64,000 nucleotides of DNA, taken from positions 1,178,001-1,242,000 of the forward strand of contig JAKIMF020000005.1 in the NCBI GenBank assembly GCA_022605425.2. Direction: 5' to 3'. The notes beneath the pieces are model-generated. The model made no database searches. It had not been told where the DNA came from and worked only from the letters and a program-made list of their open reading frames with translations. This document shows positions 11,721 to 23,487 of this stretch, piece after piece (within the stretch, counting starts at the first letter, position 1; each line of letters opens with the position of its first letter). The DNA comes from Hamiltosporidium tvaerminnensis FI-OER-3-3 (Eukaryota; Fungi; Microsporidia). The position numbers and the translations under genes were made by a program.

Positions 11721-14528
11721 ACATACATTCTTGTTCTAGCATTTATATTATTTCAAAGTATATAATTTTATTATTCTATTTCGGCATTTTGTATTTTAGT
11801 TAGTTGTATTAAGCTTCTAAATTATTCATTCATCATACATAACTTATACTTCTTTATTTTATATTCGAAATATTGCGCAATTTTCTTTTATTTTGTACAT
11901 ATTTTAGAATCAAGATTTATAGAAACGCGGTTTTAAATTTAGTATCTTAGTACTTTATTTGATCGAAACTTGATTTTTCCTTAATTTTCTATTATTTACT
12001 AGAATGGTCAAAAAAATATGACTTTAAGAACAACATCGTTTAAACCATCTATTTAGTACTTATTAGCGGAATTCTTTGTGGAAATCTTTTTAATTTTCAA
12101 TCCAATGAACGTGGTCGCATTCGCGTTCCCCATACCCTAGTTCTTTCTATTAAACAAAACATTCCTATAGTAAAACATATTTATTTTAAAAGTACGTATA
12201 TATTTATAGGGAACAAATAGAATATCTGACATTAATTATCATTTCCAATACGTAAGATAACGCAAGAATGATAAAAAATTGAGGCATTAAGCTATATTGA
12301 ACTAGTTATTCGGCTTCTTGACTCTCTGTGTAAAACATTCAACGACTAAACGCATCAAACCGAATTTTAGAATGAAAAAATCGTAAATAAATCTCTATGA
12401 TTCTTGCAATTATAATTTATTCAAAAGTGTCGCATCTTTTCAAAACAGTGACAAGTGTTATATTTGTTTTCATGTCATAGACGCAGTTATAGATTTACCA
12501 TAAATAATTTATACCACAGCACTCTATCAGTACTCCGTGAGGTATCTACGTTCCAAAGCCTTTCATCTACCAGGTTTTAGAGCCTAATTAATAAGCGAGG
12601 CAGTTACTTGCGATTCGTAAATGTCTGTTGAATAAAGTATAATCGAATGCCGAAGCTCATTCTGTGGCTATCAAGACTATGCAGCGTTTCTACTTACTCT
12701 ACACTTTCTGAACCCAATAAACTTCTATTTAAGATATATTTCAGAGAATTACATGGGATCCACCTAGACAGTGCAATGTCATACCAACAGGTATAATCTG
12801 CTACTTAGCTTTCCTGGCTTTAAATTGTTTTTTGTTTTATATCTCCCAGGCGCTAAGTCTTCTAACCAGATTGAGCAAGGCTAGGTTTCCATGTTTTTAC
12901 ATGGTAATTACCTACATCTTTTGCAGTGGTCTGCAATCTAGTTGCATAAAAGTACAAATAAATTTGAAGCAAAAGTTTCGCCATTTCTTAGACCTCTCCT
13001 CCTCATAACAACTCCCATGAAACAACCGAAGATGTAATGTGATTTTTGCCCACCAAAAATCCAAACAATGGTTTTCACACCAGTTTCACACACTCATTGC
13101 CAAGCAGAAAGTTTTTATGTGGTTATCCTCCCTCCACTTTGATTTTTGCAATAAAATAAAATTTATATTATTTCAAAGTATACTTGGATTCTGTTCAAAA
13201 GTTAGATTTGGTATGGTTTCTCTCGATATACTTACAAATGTTGATCTTCATACTTTTCCAGTAATTTATAGTTTATTTATTTACTCACATATTCCATTCC
13301 TCTTTTACTTTTCGGGGCGAGGATTAACAAATGAATGTTTACCATTTTTCTCTTTTAATGAGTGAAACTCGAGATTATAGGAGATTGGCCTATAGATCTA
13401 GGGGATTTATATCCCTTTAAATCTCAACAATAATTTTCAAACGCTCATTGTCAGGCAGATAGTTTTTAATGTGGTTAATCTTTACTATGTATTCATATAT
13501 AGATACATAAATTACATATTTATGATAGAGTTTATGATTAACATTTTCATTCTGATAGTTCGGATAGTTTAAATGAAGATTTAATACTACAGTGATATTC
13601 CTAGTGTACAGACAGAAACTACTCGAGTCATTTAAGATATGAAATGAAAAACTGTCATAAAGAAATGTATTGATTCCTCCAATCGTCTTTTTTTTTTCGC
13701 TTTAACCTAAGAGTAGAATAAGCCTTAATGTTTGTTTATTAGATTTGATTACTATAGTACAAATGTTAAACTCAAATCATTATAAGACCACAGTATTTGA
13801 TACTCAAAATCATGTCATAAACCGAATAATAACCTATTTAATATGAAAAAGATTTTAGGGGGTTTTAAGTTTAGTCCGAAACTCTGTCATTAAAATACAA
13901 AGCTGTTATAAGGATTCAAAAAAAACCGAAAAACATAATCGATAATCTAAATAAATGAAGTCAATATTTAAATTGTCAAAAAGACAAGATTAATAAGATT
14001 TTAACTTGTCAGGATTCGCGATGTCACCCACATAGTAAGTAAACAGGACGGCTTAATTTATGAACTGATTTTAGAAAACTTTTAAATAGCCTTGACCAAA
14101 AAATTCAAGACCCAAGAAAAATTTTGTTTTTCAATATATTCTTGAAAATTTAAATATTCACTATTCTTACTAGTTTTAAATGAAAAAGAAGTTTATTAAT
14201 AAATAAATGGCGAGACAAGTAGAGATTCTACATCACTTAAATCTATTTAAGTTAAGTTTATATTTACAAATAAATCTTTCTTTTATATTTTGTGTCAAAA
14301 AAACATAAAGTTTTTAAACATTCTAATTGAATAACACTAGTCATTGTTCATTCATTAAAAAAACTTTATTAAAAACCACAAAAACTTAAATAAGTGTTAC
14401 GAGTGAAATTTTTAGATTTGGCTTTGCATTTAGAACATTCGTTGATTTCTTTAAATCTTTTCTCTTTTTAAATTTTAAAACATTATAACTTGAGAATAAT
14501 AATCATAAACACTTAAATAGGATTTGTA

Positions 14529-14614
14529 AGAAGAGACAGTTAGTGGTTAAAGAGGTAGAAGAAAACATATAAAAATGGTAAAAATATTTTAACCCAGAAT
14601 TTTATCAAATAAAT
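14529..14614 (+). mobile_element. 3' stub of the R4-like element (duplicated at ~45718-45803, minus strand)
   Basis: GTTAAAGAGGTAGAAGAAAAC...AACCCAGAATTTTAT matches the reverse complement of 47207-47290. Confidence 0.8.
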
Positions 14615-14951
14615 TTTTGATCTATTCATTCTTTAGAAGGTTATAATGTTTAATATTAAGAAATTATGTGTGTTATTGATTTTAAAAACAGTTTCATTTA
14701 AAATTTAAGATTTCTAATTTTCGAATTCGAGAGTTTCAACAAAAAGATTATTTTATTACAAAAAGCTTAAATAAAATTATATTGTAAGAATTTATATTTG
14801 GCTTCATTTTCAGACATAGAAATTTTTTAATATTTTTAAAAATGAAGAAAATTAAGTGAAACAGTTTTAATAATTATAATATATTAAAAAAGTCATAAAA
14901 TATTATTAAACTGCGAAAAATTAGTCAATTTCCTTAAAAATATTTAATAAT

Positions 14952-15422
14952 TTATTTCTTCTTGCTAACACCAACTGTTCTTCCTCTTCTACCATTACTT
15001 TTAGTTCTTTGACCTCTGACTTTAAGTCCCGCTGCTAACCTACAAACTCTAACATTTTTAATTTTCTTTCCTCTTTCAATCAGTAATCGAATATCAGCAT
15101 CTAACTGATTACCGATCAGATGTGAAGTGGTACCGTCTGTGTAATCTTTCTGGTGGTTTAGAAACCACTCTGGTATTCCGAAAGAAAGTGGATCGGTTAT
15201 AACATTTTGAAGTGCATTTAACTCTTCATTGTTTAATTCACCTGCTCTTTTACTTGGATCAATATTTGCCATTTTTACTGCTGCATCTGCATATCTTCTT
15301 CCAATTCCTTTAATTTTGGTAAGTGCATGTGTTACAAGACTTGTACCATTAATATTTGTATTGAATAAACGAATAATATGGTTTAGTTCGCTTGGTTGAA
15401 CTAAGAAATTTCTCGAGGACAT
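14952..15422 (-). CDS. RPS18: 40S ribosomal protein S18 (uS13)
   Basis: ALTKIKGIGRRYA, KRAGEL, IPEWFLNHQKD and GLKVRGQRTK motifs; AAATTT and CCC signals upstream. Confidence 0.98.
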   Translation of the reverse strand: MSSRNFLVQPSELNHIIRLFNTNINGTSLVTHALTKIKGIGRRYADAAVKMANIDPSKRAGELNNEELNALQNVITDPLSFGIPEWFLNHQKDYTDGTTSHLIGNQLDADIRLLIERGKKIKNVRVCRLAAGLKVRGQRTKSNGRRGRTVGVSKKK

Positions 15423-15423
15423 T

Positions 15424-15715
15424 AAAGGGATTGGATTTGTAAAAAATTTAATTTTGAAAAAATCTAAAAAAAATATTTGATTTTAAAAAATAGGAAGAAT
15501 AATAGGATGAATAATTGAAAAGAAAATTTAAGTTTGAAAAAATCTAAAAAAAATATTTGATTTTAAAAAGTAGGAAGAATAATTGAAAAGAAAATTTAAA
15601 GAAAATAAAAAGATAGGAAAAAAATATTTGATTTAAAAAAATGGGAAGAATTTGTCGTAAAGAAAATTTAAAGAAGAATAAAAAAACAGGAAAAAAAATA
15701 TTTATTTTTTTAAAA
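15424..15715 (-). promoter_or_regulatory. RPS18 upstream region: CCC and AAATTT signals plus ~4 degenerate 65-80 bp tandem repeats
   Basis: ATCCCTTTA directly before the ATG; on the + strand the unit AAAAAAATATTTGATTTTAAAAA.TAGGAAGAAT...AAAGAAAATTTAA recurs. Confidence 0.6.
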
Positions 15716-15810
15716 TCAAAAATGATCTGAAGAAACCGAAGAAAAACGAATAAAAAAAAGAAAATAAATTAAAATTCAAAATAAGTTAAAAGATTGCATA
15801 AACATAAATT

Positions 15811-16017
15811 TTATAAAGAACTTTGAACCTCTTTAAGAAGTTTTATATAGGTTTTCTCATCATGAATAAGACTTGAATCGTTTCTATTTCGACTGTTTAT
15901 TTGGGTTTTGATGTCTCTAATTCTTTGTTCGTATTTAGCACAAATATTTCCATTTTCTTGCTTCTTTTCATATTTTAATGGATATTTTTTGTTTAGTGTT
16001 GATTCTACAGACCCCAT
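15811..16017 (-). CDS. 68-aa hypothetical protein with an N-myristoylation-type start (MGSVES)
   Basis: Open and protein-identical in both duplicate arms; coding-like composition amid very AT-rich DNA. Confidence 0.6.
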   Translation of the reverse strand: MGSVESTLNKKYPLKYEKKQENGNICAKYEQRIRDIKTQINSRNRNDSSLIHDEKTYIKLLKEVQSSL

Positions 16018-16654
16018 GCATATTTTATTTCTGTTAAATTTTATATAAAAAAAGGCGCAAATTTTTTATTAAACAGAAATATTTTATAAATGAAAGATAA
16101 AATTATTTGAATTGATTTAATCAATCATTTGGAATTTATTTAATTCGAATCATAAAAATAAATTTTACAATTATTTTAAATTTTTCTATTTTAAAAATTT
16201 ATTTCTTTATAAATTATTTTTTTAAATTAAACAGAAATTTGTTTACTATTTGAGAAAATTTAATTAGAATTTATTTAAATGCTGTTTTAAGTGTTATTTT
16301 ATTTTGATTCCTTCTTTATCTTCTTAGTAATTTTCTTATATATTCGACTTAATTTTTTATCTTTAAACTGACCTTCGTTAGTGGTTATATCGTTAAAAAT
16401 TATAAGTTTAATATTTTGTATTTTGATTACTTTAATACCTTTTTTCTTGTTGATACATATTTTTAAAGGAAGTAAGTTTGGTTTCTCCTCGGCTCTTGGC
16501 ATATATTCGGTTGATGAGTTTTTAATGAATTCCTCTATATTTGGTTTTGACTTAAATCTTCTTCGACGATAGAAAAATACAAATAAAATTGTCGTAAAGA
16601 ATTTGGAAACAGAATGGAAAATTTATTTTAAAATAAAAATTACCCATCGCATAT

Positions 16655-17698
16655 ATGAGTTTAAAACACTTAAAACTTTCTGAAAACCGATTAGAATATT
16701 TATACAATCAACTCTATAATTATATAGATTCTATTTCGGAAAAAAATGATTGTTTCTGTTCATTTTGTAATAAAGATTTAGTTTTCTCTATCGATTCAGT
16801 ATCTCCTTTAATATTCTATCAAAAATGTTTTAAAAATCAAGAATTTATTGGAAATATGGTGAGTTTTATTAAAGCAAAAGCAATTACAAATAATTACTGG
16901 AATATTGTAATTGATATTCTTGAATGTTCTTTGTACACATATGAAGAATTTAATAGTTATTCTGAAGAAATTGATAAGCTCATATTAAAAAATTTAAATA
17001 AAAAAATCGGTGTAGATCAAAGCTTCGAAACGAATACTTCAACTCAATGTTTTTTTAGAGAAGATTTGTATTTTAAACTAACAAACTATAAGAATTTACT
17101 TGTACACAAATCTGAAAGATATAAATATTATTTGTACATTTTGTCTAAAATTCATTTAAAATTATTTATTCCAACTAAATCAGAAAATGAAATAGCAGAA
17201 GTTTATCAAAATATAGAAAATAATATTTGTAAATTAATTGTAAATCATGTTTCGTATAATGCAGTACTTTTTAATAAAAATGTTGAAATTATAGATGAAA
17301 ATAGAGAAGATTCAAAGATCAATCTGGATAAATTTAATCAAAACAGTAAGTTACATATCCCAAGTTTTGTAATAAGACAACTATTTTTAAACGATTCTAT
17401 TTTAGCAAGTGGTTACCATATAAAAGTTAAATATTTAAATGGTACTTTCGATTCTGTTCCAACTATATCGTTAGAAGATTCCAATAATAAAGAATATAAA
17501 TATATTTTGATAAAAATGACTAATTATTTTGATTTAAAAATTAAAATAGAAAACTTGCCCTGGGAATTTAATAATAATGATGAATTTGTAAATGAATTTA
17601 AAAATAAAGAATTTAATTTAATATTCATGTTCAAGACTAATAATATAATTGAATTAAGTGATGTTGATTGGTTAAGAATGAACAAAAATATTCGGTAA
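16655..17698 (+). CDS. Hypothetical protein (347 aa)
   Basis: Long ORF with CCC motif upstream; intact duplicate at 39503-40546 differing at 6 residues. Confidence 0.85.
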   Translation: MSLKHLKLSENRLEYLYNQLYNYIDSISEKNDCFCSFCNKDLVFSIDSVSPLIFYQKCFKNQEFIGNMVSFIKAKAITNNYWNIVIDILECSLYTYEEFNSYSEEIDKLILKNLNKKIGVDQSFETNTSTQCFFREDLYFKLTNYKNLLVHKSERYKYYLYILSKIHLKLFIPTKSENEIAEVYQNIENNICKLIVNHVSYNAVLFNKNVEIIDENREDSKINLDKFNQNSKLHIPSFVIRQLFLNDSILASGYHIKVKYLNGTFDSVPTISLEDSNNKEYKYILIKMTNYFDLKIKIENLPWEFNNNDEFVNEFKNKEFNLIFMFKTNNIIELSDVDWLRMNKNIR

Positions 17699-17719
17699 AT
17701 TTATAAATATTTGAATATT

Positions 17720-18240
17720 TTGTTAGCAAAATCTATCAAGTTAATAAGTTTATTGTTGAGATAATCCTCTATGGGATGACCTGGAATGGTATTGTGACAA
17801 AATATAACAAGACATACCTTAAAAGACTGCAAATACCTATGAATGTAGAGGCATACATCTAGTCATTAATACCTAAGCAGAACAGTTTAAACATTTTTTT
17901 TATTCGAAGGTGAGGATTTGACTCGAGACTAAATACTGAACATACCATTAATTTCAGTTATTTAAAAGAGCCGAGAGACATGAGAAACCATCCTTCTCTT
18001 TAAGAAAAGAAAGTAACGAGAAAAATTGAGCTTAAATGTTAAATCGAAAGAAACACTAGTTTCTGAAGTAGAAAGCACAGTAGAAGAACCAAAAATACCT
18101 ATAAAAATCGAAACAGATTTTTATGAGAATCATTTCGTGGCTAGAGAGTTTGAAGAAAAATCATTAAAGGGGAATATTGGTTTTAACAAGAAATTCTATG
18201 GATTAAATCCTTGCACATTTTTTTTATCAAAATAAAAACC
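17720..18240 (+). mobile_element. Old decayed 3' fragment of an R4-like element
   Basis: Encodes MTWNGIVTKYNKTYLKRLQIPMNVEAYI* , matching the element's endonuclease C-terminus. Confidence 0.85.
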
Positions 18241-19680
18241 TTTTAATTTTATTTCCAACTAATTAACATTGGGATAAAGATTACTATACCAGGTTTCACT
18301 ATTCTACCTATTCTTCTGTTGATTTCATTATTCCTTTCTATTCTACTCTTGCTTTAAATTTGAAATTCATGACTCGATCTTATTCCTCTTCTTAGTTATT
18401 AATTTTGTTTTTGCTTGCTTAGCATGTTTTTTTGAAGGCTTTCGTCGTATATAGTGGTCCAGTTTGTTTTATATTTTTGCGATATAGATTACATCTCTAG
18501 ATCTTTCCTCCAAATATGTCCTGTATTAGGCTAATCTTTATTATGTTCATTGATGTTCTTTCTGAACTGGTTTCGACATTTTTTTGGTATTATTAACTGA
18601 ATGTATTAGTCATGTATATTTCGAGGCTCTTAAGTAAAAGCTATAGATTGTTGTTACAATATAATCCCGGTTTACTACATAAGAAATTAGATCTACAACT
18701 ATATATAAAGCAAGATTATTGCTTTAAATATCTTGATTCTTCAATCTTTTTTTGCAAAAATTTTAGCGAATATTAAGAAGAATTTTCAACTGCAACAAGT
18801 GTAATCATATTAATTTCTTATACAAAATGAATATATCAATTCAAAAATTTCAAATTTAAAAATCAAATTTTATATGGTTTATATTTCAATTTCCGCATAC
18901 AGATTTAATATATTTTTAACAGAAGTACTCCCAATCTGTTTTATAGAATTAAACTTGTATTTGTTTCATAAAACTATATGTAGGATTTAAAGCACTTCAT
19001 TTGTAATCCAAGGCAATATAAAAATCAGAATATAATTTCAGAATTTTTTTTATTTAAATTGGATGCGTGGAAAGAAGACAGAATTTTTTTATTTGAATTA
19101 TATTGTTTGTTTTCGTACCTTAATAATTGTTTCATGAAAATAATTAATATTAAATACTTAGTTAATCATAGCTTTGGTAAGTTGTTAAAATTCAATCGAA
19201 ATACTATTCTATATTCTTGTTTAGATTTTCCATAAGGATTTTATCAATAAATTAAAATTTAAAATACTATTTAAAAGAATATAGCGAGACTCTAAGATAA
19301 ACAAAGGAATTCTTTGTAGGAACATTGTTACTCTTTTTCGGTATAGTTTTGATGAGTACATGCTCTCTTCACGATCATCTTACTTTATTAGTCTCTTTTT
19401 TGCATATAACTTGTGAAAATAAGTTAAATTCATTCTGCAATTTCGTTTTAAATTCTTAAAAATCGAATATCAGAATGTGATCGTTACCACATGCAGAACC
19501 TTTTTTCCTCTAGACATGGAACCAAGAAATATCATAAAAGCTATAATGTCTAATAAATCAGTTTTAGACATTTACAGTCTCAATATCTCTATTTTTTTGT
19601 AAGTAGTCAAAAGATATTAATTTATCATATTTTACCGTATAAAATATTTTTAAATTAATTTAGGAAATCTAATTTATAAA

Positions 19681-22600
19681 TTATTTATTATTTATTTAAT
19701 AAAATTCTGGGTTAACAAATTTTCTCTCGTTTAACTAATTTCTTCCATCACTTTAACCACTTTATTCTCTTTTTCTACATCCGACTTATCATTAATGTCT
19801 ATCGTCGGTTCCTCTGGTCTGGTTACGTCATCTAAAATAAGGGGTAAAATATTTTTTGAATTTACTTGTTTAACACTATCTTCCTCGTTCTTCACTTCTT
19901 TTAAGGGGGGTGTTGGCTGTTTATGCATCTCAGCTCCTATAATAACACTTAATGACGCTCTCTCCCAGCTCTCTTCGGCACTTGTTCCTGACTCAATTCC
20001 TCTTCGTCTATCGAAGGAAATCATTTCGACTGTTTTCTTAAGTACTATGGACTGAATGTATGCCTCCACATTTATGGGTATTTGTAATCTTTTAAGATAA
20101 GTCTTATGGTATTTTGTCACAATACCGTCCCATGTTATCACATAAGGAATTATCTCTTCACTACATTTGTAAATAAGACCCAGCTCATTTGCTAATAGGT
20201 CATACTTCCTAAGTTTCTCTGTTTCCACTATTTGAAGTGAGTCTTGGGAGGTGATTCCTACTTCAATAAGTGGTATCTTATTTTTTCTCTTATCTGAAAC
20301 AAAAATGTCCGGTCTGTTATTCCGAATTTTAACATCAGTTTTAATTCTGGTGTCCAATCTTATCTCTGCATACTCATTATCAAGAATTTCTTGAACTGGG
20401 TGGCTTCTGATTCGTTTTGAAGACTTGAATTTATATTTATTTAACAAGAGCAAATGTATACATCGTACCACTTCATTGTGTCGTCTAGTATAGTCATGAC
20501 CAAGCATTTTTTCACATCTCGTTGCTAAATGGTCTACTGTTTTTCTAGACGTGTTGCAGTGTTGACACACACCTTCTGCTCCCCAAAATACGTTTCTATT
20601 CTGGATATAGCAGAACACTGCTTCATCACGCGGTCTTACACTTCCTTTCTTTAACCATCTTGAGGAGTCATTTACACTTACTAGCTCGTTGTTTCTAGCA
20701 TAATATAACTTTGAATGTATTTTTCGTTTTTCTATTTCGTTATATAAGTTAGCTAGTTGAGCTTCATCTAATTTATTTTTAGTGACCTCCTCTGCCATCC
20801 CGTATTTTACTTGTAAAAAGTCTTTTATTAGTGCAAGATGGGTTTTATTATCATTCTCCACCTTAAGGATTGCTGCTCTTCTGGTCGATGTTTCTTTAGA
20901 TTTTTCCAGACAATCCAAGAGTTGCAAAAGCATATGTTCGCTTTTGAACTCAACACTATGAAGACCTCTCCCAAGTTCTGTTCTGGGAAGGTACAGACGC
21001 TCTTTACATCCTGGGCGAAGATGTATCTTGTTCTTTACTAAAACTGCACGTACTGCGTCATCCAACTTTGAGAAGTCGCCAGGTTCAAGTCGAAGTACAC
21101 CTATATGATAGTTTATTAGCGATATCGCATGTTGATTGATAGCTTGAAATAAATTTCTTGCATTCAATCTCGTGCGGCAAAGTCTCTCTACCCTCGCTAT
21201 CAGTTTGGTTTGTACTTCCTCAAACGACTTACGTGTTGGAATTCCTCTGCTATCTTCTATTATTCCGAGGTATTTGTAAACACCTATTCCTTCAAGAAGA
21301 GTAGCAGTATTCTCACAACACGAATCATTTGTGGCCGACTTCTCTCTGTTTATTTCTAATCCTATATTTTTCATAAACATTTTTACCTCCTCCGTCATCT
21401 TTTCAAGCGTTGTTCCATCTTTGGCAAGGAGCTTAAGATCATCAATGAGCAAGAGATGATTGGTAGAGTGGGATGCATCCTCCGTTTGTATTGTCACCTT
21501 TGCGTATTCTTCATTGAGTTTACGGCTCAATGGATCCATACACAGCACAAACAATAAGGGTGACAAACTATCTCCCTGTAGAATCCCCTTATCAATCTTC
21601 TTGTTCATAATTTTTTCAGACCCTACCGAAATTTCAATTTTCCATTTTGATATTGTTACCTTAATAAATTTACGGATCCAATCAGGTAAATTAAGGTTTT
21701 CGATGACTTGTGTCAAATAAGCATGATCTATTGAATTATACGCTTTTTTGACATCAATCCACGTTGCCTTAAGATTGTTTCCATACTCTTTATTAAGAGC
21801 AAAATTTAGAAGGGCCTGCTCCTTCGCTCCTTGCACACCTCTCACTGCACCCAATTGATTATCTGCTAGTAACCCTCGCCTTTCTACCTCAAGCTGAACA
21901 ACTTTTGTAACACACTTTGTCGTCAGCTTGTAAAGGTTTGACATACAAGTTATTGGCCTATAGTCGGAGCCTTTTTGTGGTACGCTTTTTGGAATGAGAT
22001 ACGTTAGCCCATGATAAAACCAATTAGCTTGTGGTGTTCCTTCAAAACATATGGCTTTCACAATATCATAAAGATACTTGTGAAGAGTCGTAAGTTTCTT
22101 GATATAAAAATTGTAGATCCCATCAATTCCGGCGGCTTTCCAGTTAGGAAGCCAATTGATAATATCTACAAATTCATTAAGTGAAGGAAACGTGGCCTGG
22201 TGAGTATCCGGCACGAAAGGTATCAGATACTCATCATACGTAACTATTTCATTATTTTTGTATCACATTGTGGACCAAAAACTTACAATTTCGTCACGAT
22301 TAACCACATGCTCGGATTCCACACGCTCAGACAGGCCACGATAATATCTACCTCGGAACAGCTCAAACATACGATTCTCTTTTCGGAATTGCTTCCTACT
22401 TTCGTACATCGTAAGTTTTTTTTTCGTAAACAGTTATCATTTCATTCTTCTTAACTACAGCCTCCGATAGATCATTTGTTTTGTTTAGGTCTAAATTAAA
22501 CTCTCGCATAATTTTTTTAAGACTTTTAGTTTGAGAAGAGGAGAGTTCTTCCCGTCTACGTGCTTTCTCGAGGATATCTTTTGAAAGTTTTAACACTGAA

Positions 22601-23487
22601 ATTTTACTCTCAATGCTTTCTTTCCACGCTGATCTTGGCCTCTCTTTACGTGTTTCATCGTCATAACATACCTGTGCTGTCTGGATAATTTGGGCAACGT
22701 CTGTTATCGTCATAGCTACATGAGAGTCGGCATATTCACCGACTATTCGATTAATAAGATCAAGAACTGTACCGTCAACCAATTCATTTGGAAGCTTTCG
22801 AGTTCGGACTGCTACTTTTCCGATTTCCTCCTCAGATATTTTCTTGATATTATTCAAGTATTTTTCTCTCAGGCTTATAAATCGAGCAGTATCGGGCAAG
22901 GACAATGGCTTTGCGAGACACGTGGCGATTCGACGTCGCTCTCCATTCTCTTCCTGCCTAATTTCCTCTTCCGTCTTATTGTGTGCCATTCTTTTTAGCA
23001 CATCGATAGTTTCGGTACAGGAGAACTTCTCATTATAGTAGCTCTGTATCTCTTTCCATCCATTTCTAGGCATTCGGTCAAACCTTGTTTGTACTGCAAA
23101 AAAAACACATCGAATAAATTCTTGACGCTCGGCCTCTATAGATCCGAGTATGGATCGGAGCACAACGAGCCTTTCGGAAATAGGTATGGTATAAAGGTTT
23201 GGCCCATTAGCAGCTATATTTGGCCTAGGGGTTACGGTGCTTCAATGCATAGGGTTAGATGGCGAGAGTATGATGTTAAGCAAGCATACCTTTGTGTTTG
23301 TGTTTGCTTCGCTTGGTGGTATAAAAGTATTATTTATGATGGTGGATGGTGTGTATGAGCTTGGCTGTGGAATTCCCTGGTCGTTTTTACACTCTCTAAT
23401 TACCTCATCCGCTTCACTTGCCCTGTTTGCCGCCTTTATTATTTTTTCTTTTTGTTTTTCGCAGCCTACATATTTTCTTATACCCAT
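19681..23487 (-). mobile_element. R4/Dong-like non-LTR retrotransposon copy 2 (divergent subfamily, full length, frameshifted in the 5' half)
   Basis: ORF pieces 23242-23487, 22396-23163 and 19731-22214; AATAA-repeat tail at 19681-19700. Confidence 0.95.
19731..22214 (-). CDS. Reverse transcriptase + CCHC knuckle + restriction-like endonuclease (intact 3' part of the element ORF)
   Basis: KAAGIDGI, YRPITCMSNLYK, QGDSLSPLLF, LLIDDLKL, ERLYLPR...GRGL, CQHC...DHLATRC, RHNEVV, RPDI, IEVGIT, EKLRKY. Confidence 0.93.
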   Translation of the reverse strand: MPDTHQATFPSLNEFVDIINWLPNWKAAGIDGIYNFYIKKLTTLHKYLYDIVKAICFEGTPQANWFYHGLTYLIPKSVPQKGSDYRPITCMSNLYKLTTKCVTKVVQLEVERRGLLADNQLGAVRGVQGAKEQALLNFALNKEYGNNLKATWIDVKKAYNSIDHAYLTQVIENLNLPDWIRKFIKVTISKWKIEISVGSEKIMNKKIDKGILQGDSLSPLLFVLCMDPLSRKLNEEYAKVTIQTEDASHSTNHLLLIDDLKLLAKDGTTLEKMTEEVKMFMKNIGLEINREKSATNDSCCENTATLLEGIGVYKYLGIIEDSRGIPTRKSFEEVQTKLIARVERLCRTRLNARNLFQAINQHAISLINYHIGVLRLEPGDFSKLDDAVRAVLVKNKIHLRPGCKERLYLPRTELGRGLHSVEFKSEHMLLQLLDCLEKSKETSTRRAAILKVENDNKTHLALIKDFLQVKYGMAEEVTKNKLDEAQLANLYNEIEKRKIHSKLYYARNNELVSVNDSSRWLKKGSVRPRDEAVFCYIQNRNVFWGAEGVCQHCNTSRKTVDHLATRCEKMLGHDYTRRHNEVVRCIHLLLLNKYKFKSSKRIRSHPVQEILDNEYAEIRLDTRIKTDVKIRNNRPDIFVSDKRKNKIPLIEVGITSQDSLQIVETEKLRKYDLLANELGLIYKCSEEIIPYVITWDGIVTKYHKTYLKRLQIPINVEAYIQSIVLKKTVEMISFDRRRGIESGTSAEESWERASLSVIIGAEMHKQPTPPLKEVKNEEDSVKQVNSKNILPLILDDVTRPEEPTIDINDKSDVEKENKVVKVMEEIS

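Larger units (their letters stand above)
13270..19677. repeat. Left arm of a ~6.4-kb inverted segmental duplication
   Basis: Reverse complement of 37518-47058 once the 41522-44639 insertion is removed; carries RPS18, the 68-aa ORF and the 347-aa ORF. Confidence 0.95.

Noticed and set aside
12700-13260. Possible SWIM-finger/MULE remnant (LPCK-H-like) on the minus strand
   Set aside because: One short frameshifted motif is not enough to call.
16299-16572. Overlapping 67-aa and 63-aa ORFs
   Set aside because: The 67-aa frame has stops in the duplicate arm; the 63-aa frame lacks an ATG; I could not build a plausible intron model.
18250-19650. Possible decayed large-family gene inside the duplication
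   Set aside because: Coding-like texture only; no diagnostic motif recovered.
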